A DNA stretch of 63,707 bases, filler included. It is 9 parts of 9 records of this genome, joined end to end, with 100 filler letters (N's around TTAATTAATTAA, not from the genome) between each part and the next. Parts side by side here need not be neighbours in the genome. Positions count along the whole stretch, not along the records: positions 7,801 to 16,106 come from SRR31147125_51421; positions 16,207 to 24,419 come from SRR31147125_51436; 7 more parts are not named here. One strand, 5' to 3'. The translations under genes and the position numbers were made by a program. The notes under the pieces are model-generated. The model ran no database searches, had not been told where the DNA came from, and worked only from the letters and a program-made list of their open reading frames with translations. This document shows, piece by piece, positions 9,944-19,082 of the stretch (its first letter is position 1; each line of letters begins with the position of its first letter).

Positions 9944-11446
9944 TTGGAACAGGACATCATTCTTCAGGCGAGAAATATTTCCAAAGCGTATCCTGGTGTC
10001 CAGGCTTTGGATAACGTCGATTTTGAACTGCGGCAGGGAGAGATTCAGGCCCTGGTCGGGCAGAACGGTGCCGGGAAATCGACCTTCATCGAGATCATAG
10101 CCGGATCGCTCTCACCGGATGAGGGCGAGATAGAGATAGGCGGATCAACCTATAAACAATTTGATCCATCGATCTCCATCGAACTGGGAATTCAAACAGT
10201 GCACCAGGAGAATCAACTGGTTGAAGAGCTTTCGGTGGCTGAAAATATTTTTCTCTACAACCTTCCGAAAACGAGTTTGGGATTTGTCAATCTGCCGACC
10301 TGTATAGAGGCCGCGGATGCCCTGCTGGCTGAACTTGGGATTGATATCTCGTCAGGAAAGAAGCTGGTGGAGCTGACATTTGTAGAGAAAAAATTGGTAA
10401 GTATTGCCAAGGCATTCTCCAGGCAGGCCCGCATTCTGATTCTGGATGAGCCCACCGCGTCACTGGATAAGCATGGGCGGGAAATTCTCTTCCAGATTAT
10501 CAGGAATTCGACCAAAAAAGGTCTTAGCGTTATCTATATTTCCCATCACTTGAGTGAAATATTTGAAATCTGCGACCGTGTGACCATCTTCAAGGATGGA
10601 TTGAAGGTCGATACTACCGAGGTTCGCGAGACCGAGATGACCTCTATCGTGCAGAAGATGATCGGAAAATCATCCAATGACCTTACCGTGAAGAAGCATA
10701 TAAAGCTCGATGTCCGTAAAGATCATGAAGTGCTTGAAATTGTCGACTATGCCCGTGACAACGTGGTAAAGAATGTGTCGTTCTCCGTTGGCAAGGGGGA
10801 AATATTCGGGTTAGCCGGTCTTGTCGGAGCGGGGAGAACCGAGCTTGCACGCATGATATTCGGACTGGACAGCAAAGAGAGCGGACAGCTTATCTACTGT
10901 GGTAAGGATATAACCCCGCAAAGTCCTCAGGACGCGATTCGAAAAGGATTGGGGTATCTTACCGAGAGCCGCAAAGATGACGGACTATTCCTGATTCGCC
11001 CTATTTTCGAGAATATCAGTACCGTACTGTTTACCAAGATGAAGAAACTCTTTCTGGATTTGAAAGGGGAGAAACAGGGAGCTGAGAAATTGTCGGAATC
11101 GCTCTCCATCAAGACTCCCTCCATCGGGCAGTATGTCATCAACCTGAGCGGTGGAAACCAGCAGAAGGTGGTACTGGCCAAGTGGCTGAATGCCGAGTCG
11201 GAAATTCTGATTTTTGATGAACCTACGGTGGGAATCGATGTAGGTAGCAAGAGTGAGATTTATCAGCTGATGGATAGTCTGGCCGAACAGGGCAAGATTG
11301 TTATTGTGATATCGTCTGACACGCCGGAGCTGCTCGCCATCTGTGATCGGGTGGGTGTAATGCGTTATGGTGAACTGGCCGATATCCTGGAAGGCGATCA
11401 AATTACCGAAGAAAATATCCTTCGATTATCGATGGGTGTAGAGTAG
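9944..11446 (+). CDS. Sugar ABC transporter ATP-binding protein (RbsA/MglA-like, two ABC domains)
   Basis: GQNGAGKST, LILDEPT, LSGGNQQK and DEPTVGIDVG. Probable TTG start at 9944 after GAGGGG. Confidence 0.93.
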   Translation: MEQDIILQARNISKAYPGVQALDNVDFELRQGEIQALVGQNGAGKSTFIEIIAGSLSPDEGEIEIGGSTYKQFDPSISIELGIQTVHQENQLVEELSVAENIFLYNLPKTSLGFVNLPTCIEAADALLAELGIDISSGKKLVELTFVEKKLVSIAKAFSRQARILILDEPTASLDKHGREILFQIIRNSTKKGLSVIYISHHLSEIFEICDRVTIFKDGLKVDTTEVRETEMTSIVQKMIGKSSNDLTVKKHIKLDVRKDHEVLEIVDYARDNVVKNVSFSVGKGEIFGLAGLVGAGRTELARMIFGLDSKESGQLIYCGKDITPQSPQDAIRKGLGYLTESRKDDGLFLIRPIFENISTVLFTKMKKLFLDLKGEKQGAEKLSESLSIKTPSIGQYVINLSGGNQQKVVLAKWLNAESEILIFDEPTVGIDVGSKSEIYQLMDSLAEQGKIVIVISSDTPELLAICDRVGVMRYGELADILEGDQITEENILRLSMGVE

Positions 11447-11456
11447 AGGGACTGAT

Positions 11457-12467
11457 ATGAACAGCACAATTACCAAAAATACAAAAGAAAAACGAGACAA
11501 GAAGGGGATTAATCAGTCACTGCTGCTGATCTTTCTCATCATAGCCATAGTGCTGGTTGCCACGATTGTGAACCCGCGCTTTATTCGCATAACCAATATT
11601 ATTAATATTTTTCAACAGGTTTCCGTTTTGGGAATTATTGCCTGTGGTGTCGGAATGCTGCTGATTTCTGGTGATATCGATATCTCGGTCGGGGCGCAGG
11701 TTTCCCTGCTGGGTATTATCATCGCCATGATCATTGAGAAGCTGGGTGGACTGGAAACCGGAGATCCCAATGCCTGGCTGCAGCCTTTCGCCATTCCGTT
11801 GGCGGTTGTGGCTTCATTCGGAGTCGGTGCCCTGCTGGGACTGATCAACGGCGTTATCGTTATCAAGTCCGGTGTGACATCTTTCATTATCACGCTCGGT
11901 TTCAGCACTATCTATAAAGGTGTGGCACTACTGATAAGTCACGGGGCATCTTTTATGCTGTTCGGCCGATTCGAGACGCTTGGAAGGGGAAGGGTTTTCG
12001 GAGTTATCCCGGTGGCCATCTTTTTCTTCATCGGCGTAGTGATTCTAGCCCATATTATCCTGAAGTATACCAAGTATGGTCGTTTCCTCTATGCCCTGGG
12101 CGGCAATAAGAAGGCGGCCTACGTTTCGGGTATCAATACCCGCCGCGTAACCCTGCGGGCCTATGTCGCCGTTGGTCTATTGAACGGTCTGGCAGCCCTG
12201 ATTCTGATTTCGCGAGTCGGCTCAGCCCTGGCTACTACCGGTGAAGCCTATTCACTGGATGCCCTGGCGGCAATCATTGTCGGCGGTGTTATCCTGACCG
12301 GTGGGAAGGGAAGCGCGCTCAACATCTTTCTGGGTGTTCTGCTGATCGGTCTGGTGGGTAATGCGCTGGTTATTATGAATGTAAATCCCTACATTCGCGG
12401 CATCGTGATCGGTGTTATAATCATCGCGGCCGTTACTATCAGTAATGCGTCTCGTAACCGCACATAA
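11457..12467 (+). CDS. Sugar ABC transporter permease (RbsC-like)
   Basis: GDIDISVG, FIITLG, YALGGNKKAAYVSGI and LDALAAIIVGG motifs; multiple TM segments. Confidence 0.93.
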   Translation: MNSTITKNTKEKRDKKGINQSLLLIFLIIAIVLVATIVNPRFIRITNIINIFQQVSVLGIIACGVGMLLISGDIDISVGAQVSLLGIIIAMIIEKLGGLETGDPNAWLQPFAIPLAVVASFGVGALLGLINGVIVIKSGVTSFIITLGFSTIYKGVALLISHGASFMLFGRFETLGRGRVFGVIPVAIFFFIGVVILAHIILKYTKYGRFLYALGGNKKAAYVSGINTRRVTLRAYVAVGLLNGLAALILISRVGSALATTGEAYSLDALAAIIVGGVILTGGKGSALNIFLGVLLIGLVGNALVIMNVNPYIRGIVIGVIIIAAVTISNASRNRT

Positions 12468-12499
12468 TAGAAACTCGGAAACCAGTTAAAGGAAAGAGT

Positions 12500-13459
12500 A
12501 TGGAAAAAATAGATTTATTATCAACTATTGAAGGATCGTTATTTACCGACGTATATCCGAAAGGGATCGATCTTGCCCGTCTGGATGACTGCTGCAGCCG
12601 TAAACCCGAAGAGGTGTTTGAAAAAGAGGAGTGGTGGCATCCCGATTTTCGTCCGGTGCAGGCCGATACTCTGGAAGATTTCAATACCATGATGGGACAC
12701 GAAATCGCCTATCAGATTAAGCTGGCCCGAGATGAGGGTCGTGATCTGATCGTAATCCTGTCGGCCGGTCCGATGGGCATGTACCGCTGGGCGGCGGAAT
12801 TCCTCAACACCTGGGGCGTGGACTGCTCGCATGTGCATGGATTCAACATGGATGAGTGGTCGGACAGTGAGGGTAATACCCTGCCTCCGGAAAATACGGG
12901 CGCTTTCCGCAATGCCATGGAGCACGCTTTTTACGGCAGATTGGATAAGACGGTCCCGGTGGCACAGCGCCACTTTGCCACGAAAGATGAGCTGCCGCGT
13001 TATCCCGGTATGATCAGCGACCTGAAAGCTTCCGGAGCCAAATTTCTCCTTATTTACGGCATTGGCTGGATTTACCACATCGCTTTCTGGGAACCCCATT
13101 TTGCCGAAGATTACGACTCAATTGAAGATTGGAAGAAAGAGCCCTACCGGCTGGCAGCAAAACTGCATCCCATGACGATCATCCAGAACTCGATCACCAG
13201 CTTCAAGGGTAAACTGACCTCAGTTCCCGCGCGTGCCAATACCATTGGTCCGGGAATTTTCCTGCAGGCAGATGTTACAATCGGCGGTGTCGACGGATAT
13301 CTTCCGGCGCGAGACATGATGTATCAGAGTATGGCGCTCTGGGCAACGCTGAAATATGGTCCCGATATGTGGGTACCATCCAGCATTATGCCCCAGTATC
13401 CCGGTAAGCTCTTCTTTATTAAAGATCTGGCAGGACCGCTGGACCCGGTAGTCAACTAA
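12500..13459 (+). CDS. Glucosamine-6-phosphate isomerase/deaminase-like protein (NagB-like, divergent)
   Basis: ILSAGPMGMY, HGFNMDEW and GIGWIYHIAFWEP match the NagB-fold pattern; adjacent to nagA. Confidence 0.75.
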   Translation: MEKIDLLSTIEGSLFTDVYPKGIDLARLDDCCSRKPEEVFEKEEWWHPDFRPVQADTLEDFNTMMGHEIAYQIKLARDEGRDLIVILSAGPMGMYRWAAEFLNTWGVDCSHVHGFNMDEWSDSEGNTLPPENTGAFRNAMEHAFYGRLDKTVPVAQRHFATKDELPRYPGMISDLKASGAKFLLIYGIGWIYHIAFWEPHFAEDYDSIEDWKKEPYRLAAKLHPMTIIQNSITSFKGKLTSVPARANTIGPGIFLQADVTIGGVDGYLPARDMMYQSMALWATLKYGPDMWVPSSIMPQYPGKLFFIKDLAGPLDPVVN

Positions 13460-13504
13460 TCTGCCGGGTGGGCATGGTTCGAGACACGGATTCATGCAGA
13501 GGAG

Positions 13505-14764
13505 GTGCTGACGATGGGAAAAGATGTTCCAGATGGAAACGCGCGATCGGGAAAAACGCTGGCATTGGTCAACGGAACGGTAATTGCCGCTGATGCGGTC
13601 ATAGAAAACGGATATGTGCTCATTGAAGGTGAACAAATCGCCGCAATCGGTTCGGGCAGACCGGCACGGGAACATATAGATCAGGTGATTGATGTTGAAG
13701 GACGGGTAATCAGTCCCGGCTTCATAGATATGCATACGCACGGCATTCTGGATGTCGATTTCATGAGCAGCACCTTCGAGGAGACCGAAAAGGCTCTGAA
13801 AGCCTATGCCCGATTCGGGGTTACGCGGGTGGTGGCGACCATGCTCTCCAACCCGATTCCCAATATCATACAGCAGGGCAAGCTGCTGCGAAAGGTGAAA
13901 CGGGAAAGTGCTGTCGGCGATCTGATGCACGGTGTCCATATAGAAGGGCCCTGGCTGGCCGAACGCTGTCGGGGAGGACATGCCGCCGAGTATCTCTGTC
14001 ACCCCGCTAAAGATGATGTGCGGGAAATTCTGGAAGAGATCGGCGATGTGGTACGTTCGGTAACCTTTGCTCCTGAACTTGCTAATGCCGTCTGGCTCAC
14101 TGAACAGCTGAACGCGCGCGGTATTTTACCGGTTTTCGGCCATACCGAAGCTACTTATGAACAGGCCGAGGCGGCAATTAAAGCCGGTGCACGGCATGTG
14201 ACCCACATGTACGATACTACTTTGGGATATAAGGAAGATCCGGATGAAGCCCTGGTGATGATGCCCGGTATGGAGACGGCGGTGCTCTACTACGATCAGG
14301 TGAGTATTGAGCTGATCGGCTGTCCCGTGCATGTGCCGAAACCTTTTTTCAAGTTCATAGCCAAAGTGAAACCACGCGATAAACGCATAATCGTAACCGA
14401 CTCACTGGTTGGAACCGGCATGCCGGAAGGTACCATTATCACCTACGAGGACGGCCGCAAAGTCTATGTGGAGGAAGGGGTCCTGCGTATGATCGATGAT
14501 GACCCGAATGTGCACGGCAACCTGACCGGCAGTGCCGTCACCCTCAATGTTGCTCTGCGCAGGCTGGAAGAGTATGCCGAACTGCCGCAGTCCGAAGCTG
14601 TGCGGTGGGGCAGTTACAACCCGGCTGTTACGCTGGGTATTTCAGAGGAGACCGGATCACTGGCGGTTGGAAAATTGGCCGATATTACGGTAATAGATGA
14701 AAAATATTCGGTATATATGACCCTGATGAAGGGACGCATGCTGTATGACAGCAATGGAGATTGA
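13505..14764 (+). CDS. nagA: N-acetylglucosamine-6-phosphate deacetylase
   Basis: PGFIDMHTHG, GVHIEGPWL, TFAPE, GHTEA, THMY, VTDS, LTGS and NPA motifs. Confidence 0.85.
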   Translation: MLTMGKDVPDGNARSGKTLALVNGTVIAADAVIENGYVLIEGEQIAAIGSGRPAREHIDQVIDVEGRVISPGFIDMHTHGILDVDFMSSTFEETEKALKAYARFGVTRVVATMLSNPIPNIIQQGKLLRKVKRESAVGDLMHGVHIEGPWLAERCRGGHAAEYLCHPAKDDVREILEEIGDVVRSVTFAPELANAVWLTEQLNARGILPVFGHTEATYEQAEAAIKAGARHVTHMYDTTLGYKEDPDEALVMMPGMETAVLYYDQVSIELIGCPVHVPKPFFKFIAKVKPRDKRIIVTDSLVGTGMPEGTIITYEDGRKVYVEEGVLRMIDDDPNVHGNLTGSAVTLNVALRRLEEYAELPQSEAVRWGSYNPAVTLGISEETGSLAVGKLADITVIDEKYSVYMTLMKGRMLYDSNGD

Positions 14765-14767
14765 TCT

Positions 14768-15799
14768 ATGAAAAAGTATAAAGTTGGCATAATTGGACTG
14801 GGATGGGTTGCCGGAGCACATCTGGAAGCATTCAAGACCATGCAGCAATATGAACCTTATGCGGTGCTTTCTACCCGAAAACTCGATCCCGCGCAGTTGA
14901 AAGCGGAACATGGCGTGGAGCTGAAAGTCTATAACGACCTGGACAAGTTTCTGGCCGACCCGGAAATCGAGGTTGTTGATATCTGTACTCCGCATTTTCT
15001 GCATAAGGAACAGACCATAGCTGCCAGTAATGCCGGTAAGCATATTATTCTGGAAAAACCAGTTGCCCTCAATTATCCCGATTCAAAAGCTATGCTGGAT
15101 GTCGTCAAGAAGAACGGCACCCTGACATCGATCTGCTTTGAGGTGCGTTTCATCTCATCGGCCAAGGCTATCAAATCGATCATCAATAAAGGGCTGATCG
15201 GCGATGTCTACTACGGAGAATCTGACTACTACCACGGAATTGGTCCCTGGTATGCCAATCAGCGCTGGGAAGTGGAGAAGAAGAACGGCGGCAGCTCTCT
15301 GCTGCGGGCCGGCTGTCACGCGCTCGACATGCTGCTCTACCTGATGGATGAACAGGTGGATGAGGTATTCACATACGGAAATAAAAATACGAATCCCATC
15401 TATGAACCGTATGATTATGCATTGAATACCGTCTCTCTGCTCAAGTTCAGAAACGGCAAGGTCGGGAAAGTCTCCTCCTGTACCGACTGCGTGCAGCCCT
15501 ATGTATTTAACATGAACATAGTAGGCAGCGATGGGGCGATAAAAAATGACCAGTTTTTCAGTAAAAAGATCGATGGCCTGACGGGGTGGTCGAAACTGGA
15601 TGTTGACCTGATCGACAGCGGGGATGTCTCCAACCATCCCTATGTTGAGCAGTTTGCTCATTTTGCCGAATGTCTGGATAAGGGTGTGGAAGCCGAGAAT
15701 AATCTGGAAGATGCCGTGGAAACCCACCGGGTAATCTTTGCTGCCGACTTATCGAACGAGGAAGGAAGACCGGTTAAGGTTGATGAATTCAGGGAGTAA
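14768..15799 (+). CDS. Gfo/Idh/MocA family oxidoreductase
   Basis: GIIGLGWVA Rossmann motif, ICTPHFLH, KHIILEKP and GCHALD. Confidence 0.92.
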   Translation: MKKYKVGIIGLGWVAGAHLEAFKTMQQYEPYAVLSTRKLDPAQLKAEHGVELKVYNDLDKFLADPEIEVVDICTPHFLHKEQTIAASNAGKHIILEKPVALNYPDSKAMLDVVKKNGTLTSICFEVRFISSAKAIKSIINKGLIGDVYYGESDYYHGIGPWYANQRWEVEKKNGGSSLLRAGCHALDMLLYLMDEQVDEVFTYGNKNTNPIYEPYDYALNTVSLLKFRNGKVGKVSSCTDCVQPYVFNMNIVGSDGAIKNDQFFSKKIDGLTGWSKLDVDLIDSGDVSNHPYVEQFAHFAECLDKGVEAENNLEDAVETHRVIFAADLSNEEGRPVKVDEFRE

Positions 15800-15901
15800 T
15801 TTCTCCAAATTATGATACACTGAGCCGGGGCGGGTATGTCGTTTCCGGCTCTTTTTGAGCTTGCAGATAGTATACATTAGGATGATTTTTGGAGTGTGCC
15901 G

Positions 15902-16106
15902 ATGAGAAAAGAGACCATGACTCCCCGGGAACGCTGGGATGCCGTTATCTCCGGGAAAGAACCGGATAGAATTCCCATGGACTGGTGGGGAACCCCCGAA
16001 GTGGAGGATAACCTGAAACGCTATCTTGGTATGGACGATATCTGGGACGTCTTCCGCCATCTGCACATCGACCGTACCGTTGCCGTTGAACCGTGCTATG
16101 CGGGAC
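15902..16106 (+). CDS. Uroporphyrinogen decarboxylase-like (URO-D/MtaA-like) family protein, 3'-truncated
   Basis: MTPRERWDAVISGKEPDRIP is the typical N-terminus of this family. Confidence 0.7.
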
Positions 16107-16400
16107 NNNNNNNNNNNNNNNNNNNNNNNNNNNNNNNNNNNNNNNNNNNNTTAATTAATTAANNNNNNNNNNNNNNNNNNNNNNNNNNNNNNNNNNNNNN
16201 NNNNNNGAGTTTCGATCGGTTCGTTTTCGACACTCACTTAAAAGGTAAAAGAGGCAGCAGATGCCTCCTCAAAAATGCACCCGGGTAAGCGCTAAATGGA
16301 AGGGATGGAAAAATCACACCGAACATATTGACAGCGTAAGGCTTTATATTTAAATGTTTTCTATGTCAACAAGGTTCCTCAACAAAGGATAAGAGATACG

Positions 16401-16679
16401 ATGGACCCAAGAAATATCGGTTTTGATTTCAGGCGCAAACACGAGAGGAAAGAATACCTTGCCGATGTGATCTTTGCACACAAAGGGCGGGCCTATAACG
16501 GTACCATTGAGAACATCAGCCTCGGAGGAGCCTTTATCACCTCGTCCAGTGTGAATCAGTTCTTGCCTGGAGACGTGATCACCATCACCATCCCCTTTAC
16601 AGACGGTAGAGCGAGCTTGAAACGCAAGGCGCGGATCGAATGGCAAAATGATGCCGGCTTTGCAGTCGAATTCTTTTAG
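16401..16679 (+). CDS. Stand-alone PilZ domain protein
   Basis: RRKHER (RxxxR) and ENISLGGA (NxSxxG) c-di-GMP motifs. Confidence 0.9.
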   Translation: MDPRNIGFDFRRKHERKEYLADVIFAHKGRAYNGTIENISLGGAFITSSSVNQFLPGDVITITIPFTDGRASLKRKARIEWQNDAGFAVEFF

Positions 16680-16697
16680 ACACATCCAGTCTGTCGA

Positions 16698-17408
16698 TCA
16701 CTTGCGTATCGAAACGAGAAAAGGATCGAAGGTCGATCGAATCTGTGCCAGTGAATCCTCCAGCGGCGGCATGAGAAATTTCGCAAACACATCCAGGTGA
16801 ACCAGGGCATTGACTGCCGAGTCTTTGGAAGTGGCCGATCTCAAACGTTGAACCATGGCATCGTTGAGACGCGCCACATCGTCATAAATTTTGACCAGGC
16901 CATCGAGCTTCAAATCCGTTTCGCAAACGCCGTTGCTGGTGAAATAGCGTCCCAGCAGGAAGGTGGCGGCCGCCCTCCATATGGTCTCATCCTTGCTGGC
17001 AAAGGGCAGGTGAAACCGGGCCATGGGCTTGAAAAAGTGGGTATAGGGGCAGCTGCTGCCCGCAATAAGCAGCCCCATGAGAGAACTCAGGCCCTCCTGG
17101 GCCGTTGTTTGCAGCTCTACCTGCCGCTCCGAGCTAAGCACTTTTACGGAAACCCGGTCAAATGACATCAGACGATCGAACTTGTCGATGGCCGGGACCA
17201 GGTTCAATGCCACCGGGCAATGGGGGTTCCGGTCGGGTTGCAAAGGGCAATGGAAACACTGTTCATACTCAAGTTGCGTCCAAAACAGTTCCCTTTTTTG
17301 AACATCGGTGATCAATTCCGTCTTCAGTGCATCAAATGCGAGTTCGAACATCTCTTTGCCCCCGTCCGGCAGCGTGAACTCGTATGTGATCGTAAACGTT
17401 TGCGGCAT
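16698..17408 (-). CDS. Conserved Cys-containing hypothetical protein (DUF6901-like)
   Basis: WTQLEYEQCFHCPL…HCPVA and SSCPYTHFFKPMARFHLPFA motifs; family name from recall; start may be 17450. Confidence 0.75.
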   Translation of the reverse strand: MPQTFTITYEFTLPDGGKEMFELAFDALKTELITDVQKRELFWTQLEYEQCFHCPLQPDRNPHCPVALNLVPAIDKFDRLMSFDRVSVKVLSSERQVELQTTAQEGLSSLMGLLIAGSSCPYTHFFKPMARFHLPFASKDETIWRAAATFLLGRYFTSNGVCETDLKLDGLVKIYDDVARLNDAMVQRLRSATSKDSAVNALVHLDVFAKFLMPPLEDSLAQIRSTFDPFLVSIRK

Positions 17409-17612
17409 TGCGCTGGCTCCTTCCCAACCGGGTATATGCAATAACGGCAACTTGACAACGCCCCCACAGGAGCATATATGTGTCCGGTCTGCCGTGATTC
17501 AACGCTTCTGTGGGACTATCACTGCAAAAAGCAAGCCGTCCCAGGATAACAGCCCTGCAGACATACCACAAACACCCGGAAATAAAAACACGATGCGGAT
17601 ATTCGTGCTGCC

Positions 17613-19043
17613 ATGCTATTCGCCAGTGCGGTTTTTCTTTTAGCTTTTCTTCCTGCTGTCATTCTCTGCTATTACACCCGGAGGGCCGTGCTGGGCAACA
17701 GGCTCCGTAATGGGGTCTTGCTGGCATTCAGCTACCTGTTTTACGCATATGGGGCGGCTGAGTTTGTCCTGATCCTCCTGGGGTCAACGGTGATGGACTA
17801 CGTTCTCGGGCGCCTCATTGAAAAGTACAGGCGCCACGGCAGGTTGTGGGTAGCCGCCTCCGTCCTCATCAATCTGGGGGTGCTGGCCTATTTCAAGTAT
17901 GCCAACTTCATGATCGCCGAGCTGTCCCAATGGTTTACACTCATGGGTATCCCCGCCTTCCGGGACTGGGCTGCCGTAGCCCTTCCCATCGGTATATCCT
18001 TTTTCACCTTTCAGAAGCTGAGCTATATCATCGACATCCATCGGCGAGAGGTCAGCGCCTTGACCCGATTCGACGATTTTGCCCTCTATGTGGCCATGTT
18101 TCCCCAACTGGTTGCCGGCCCCATCGTCCGTTTCAAGGATATTTGCGACCAACTCCGCGATCGTCTGGAAACTTGGGAACATTTTTATATGGGAGCCATT
18201 CGGTTTTGCTGGGGTCTCTCCAAAAAGGTGTTCATTGCCGATGCCTGTGGCCAGGTAGCGGATGCCGCTTTTGGTTTGGATATCGCGCTGCTGGACACCA
18301 AAAGCGCCTGGGCGGGCGCTCTCGCCTATACGATGCAAATCTATTTCGATTTTTCCGCCTACTCGGATATGGCGATCGGCCTGGCCAGGCTCTTCGGATT
18401 CGAGCTGCGGGAAAACTTCAACCGGCCTTACGCAGCCATCAGCATGACGGACTTCTGGAGAAGGTGGCACATCTCCCTGAGCACCTGGTTCAGAGACTAT
18501 CTCTACATCCCTTTGGGCGGCAACAGGAAGGGTTCTAAACGTACCGCCTTTAATCTGCTGCTGGTCTTTCTGCTCTGCGGCCTCTGGCACGGCGCCAATT
18601 GGACCTTTGTCGCCTGGGGGCTTTATCATGGCCTTTTTCTCGGCATAGAAAGGGCGACCGGCATCCGAAACCGTCACCAATCGAACTGGATCCCTGCACG
18701 ACGCCTGGTTACGTTTCTTCTGGTGCTCTTTGGTTGGGTGCTCTTCCGGGCGGACTCCATCACCGCTGCAACCGCTTTTATGCAGGCGATGGTCATACCC
18801 TTCGATCTGCCGCTTTCGTTCGAGCTGTTCCAGGCCATGAATTATCGCAACATCGTCTTCATGTTGATCGCAGCCATATCGGTTATCGGCGCACCATGGT
18901 TGCCAAAGATCGAGAATGTGCTTCAGGATACGGGCCCCGCAAGAAGCATCGTCAGTGCTGTCCTGCTGTTGCTGGTACTGCCCTATTGCGCCGGAACCAT
19001 TCTGGCGGGGGCTGGCAATCCATTTATCTATTTCCGATTTTAA
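17613..19043 (+). CDS. MBOAT O-acyltransferase (AlgI/PatA-like)
   Basis: LPIGISFFTFQ, FPQLVAGPIVR, YFDFSAYSDMAIG, FWRRWHISLS, GLWHGANWTF and NPFIYFRF motifs. Confidence 0.95.
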   Translation: MLFASAVFLLAFLPAVILCYYTRRAVLGNRLRNGVLLAFSYLFYAYGAAEFVLILLGSTVMDYVLGRLIEKYRRHGRLWVAASVLINLGVLAYFKYANFMIAELSQWFTLMGIPAFRDWAAVALPIGISFFTFQKLSYIIDIHRREVSALTRFDDFALYVAMFPQLVAGPIVRFKDICDQLRDRLETWEHFYMGAIRFCWGLSKKVFIADACGQVADAAFGLDIALLDTKSAWAGALAYTMQIYFDFSAYSDMAIGLARLFGFELRENFNRPYAAISMTDFWRRWHISLSTWFRDYLYIPLGGNRKGSKRTAFNLLLVFLLCGLWHGANWTFVAWGLYHGLFLGIERATGIRNRHQSNWIPARRLVTFLLVLFGWVLFRADSITAATAFMQAMVIPFDLPLSFELFQAMNYRNIVFMLIAAISVIGAPWLPKIENVLQDTGPARSIVSAVLLLLVLPYCAGTILAGAGNPFIYFRF

Positions 19044-19082
19044 CCCGCTCTTTAACCCGCTCATCGGCCAGACTGTGCAGAT

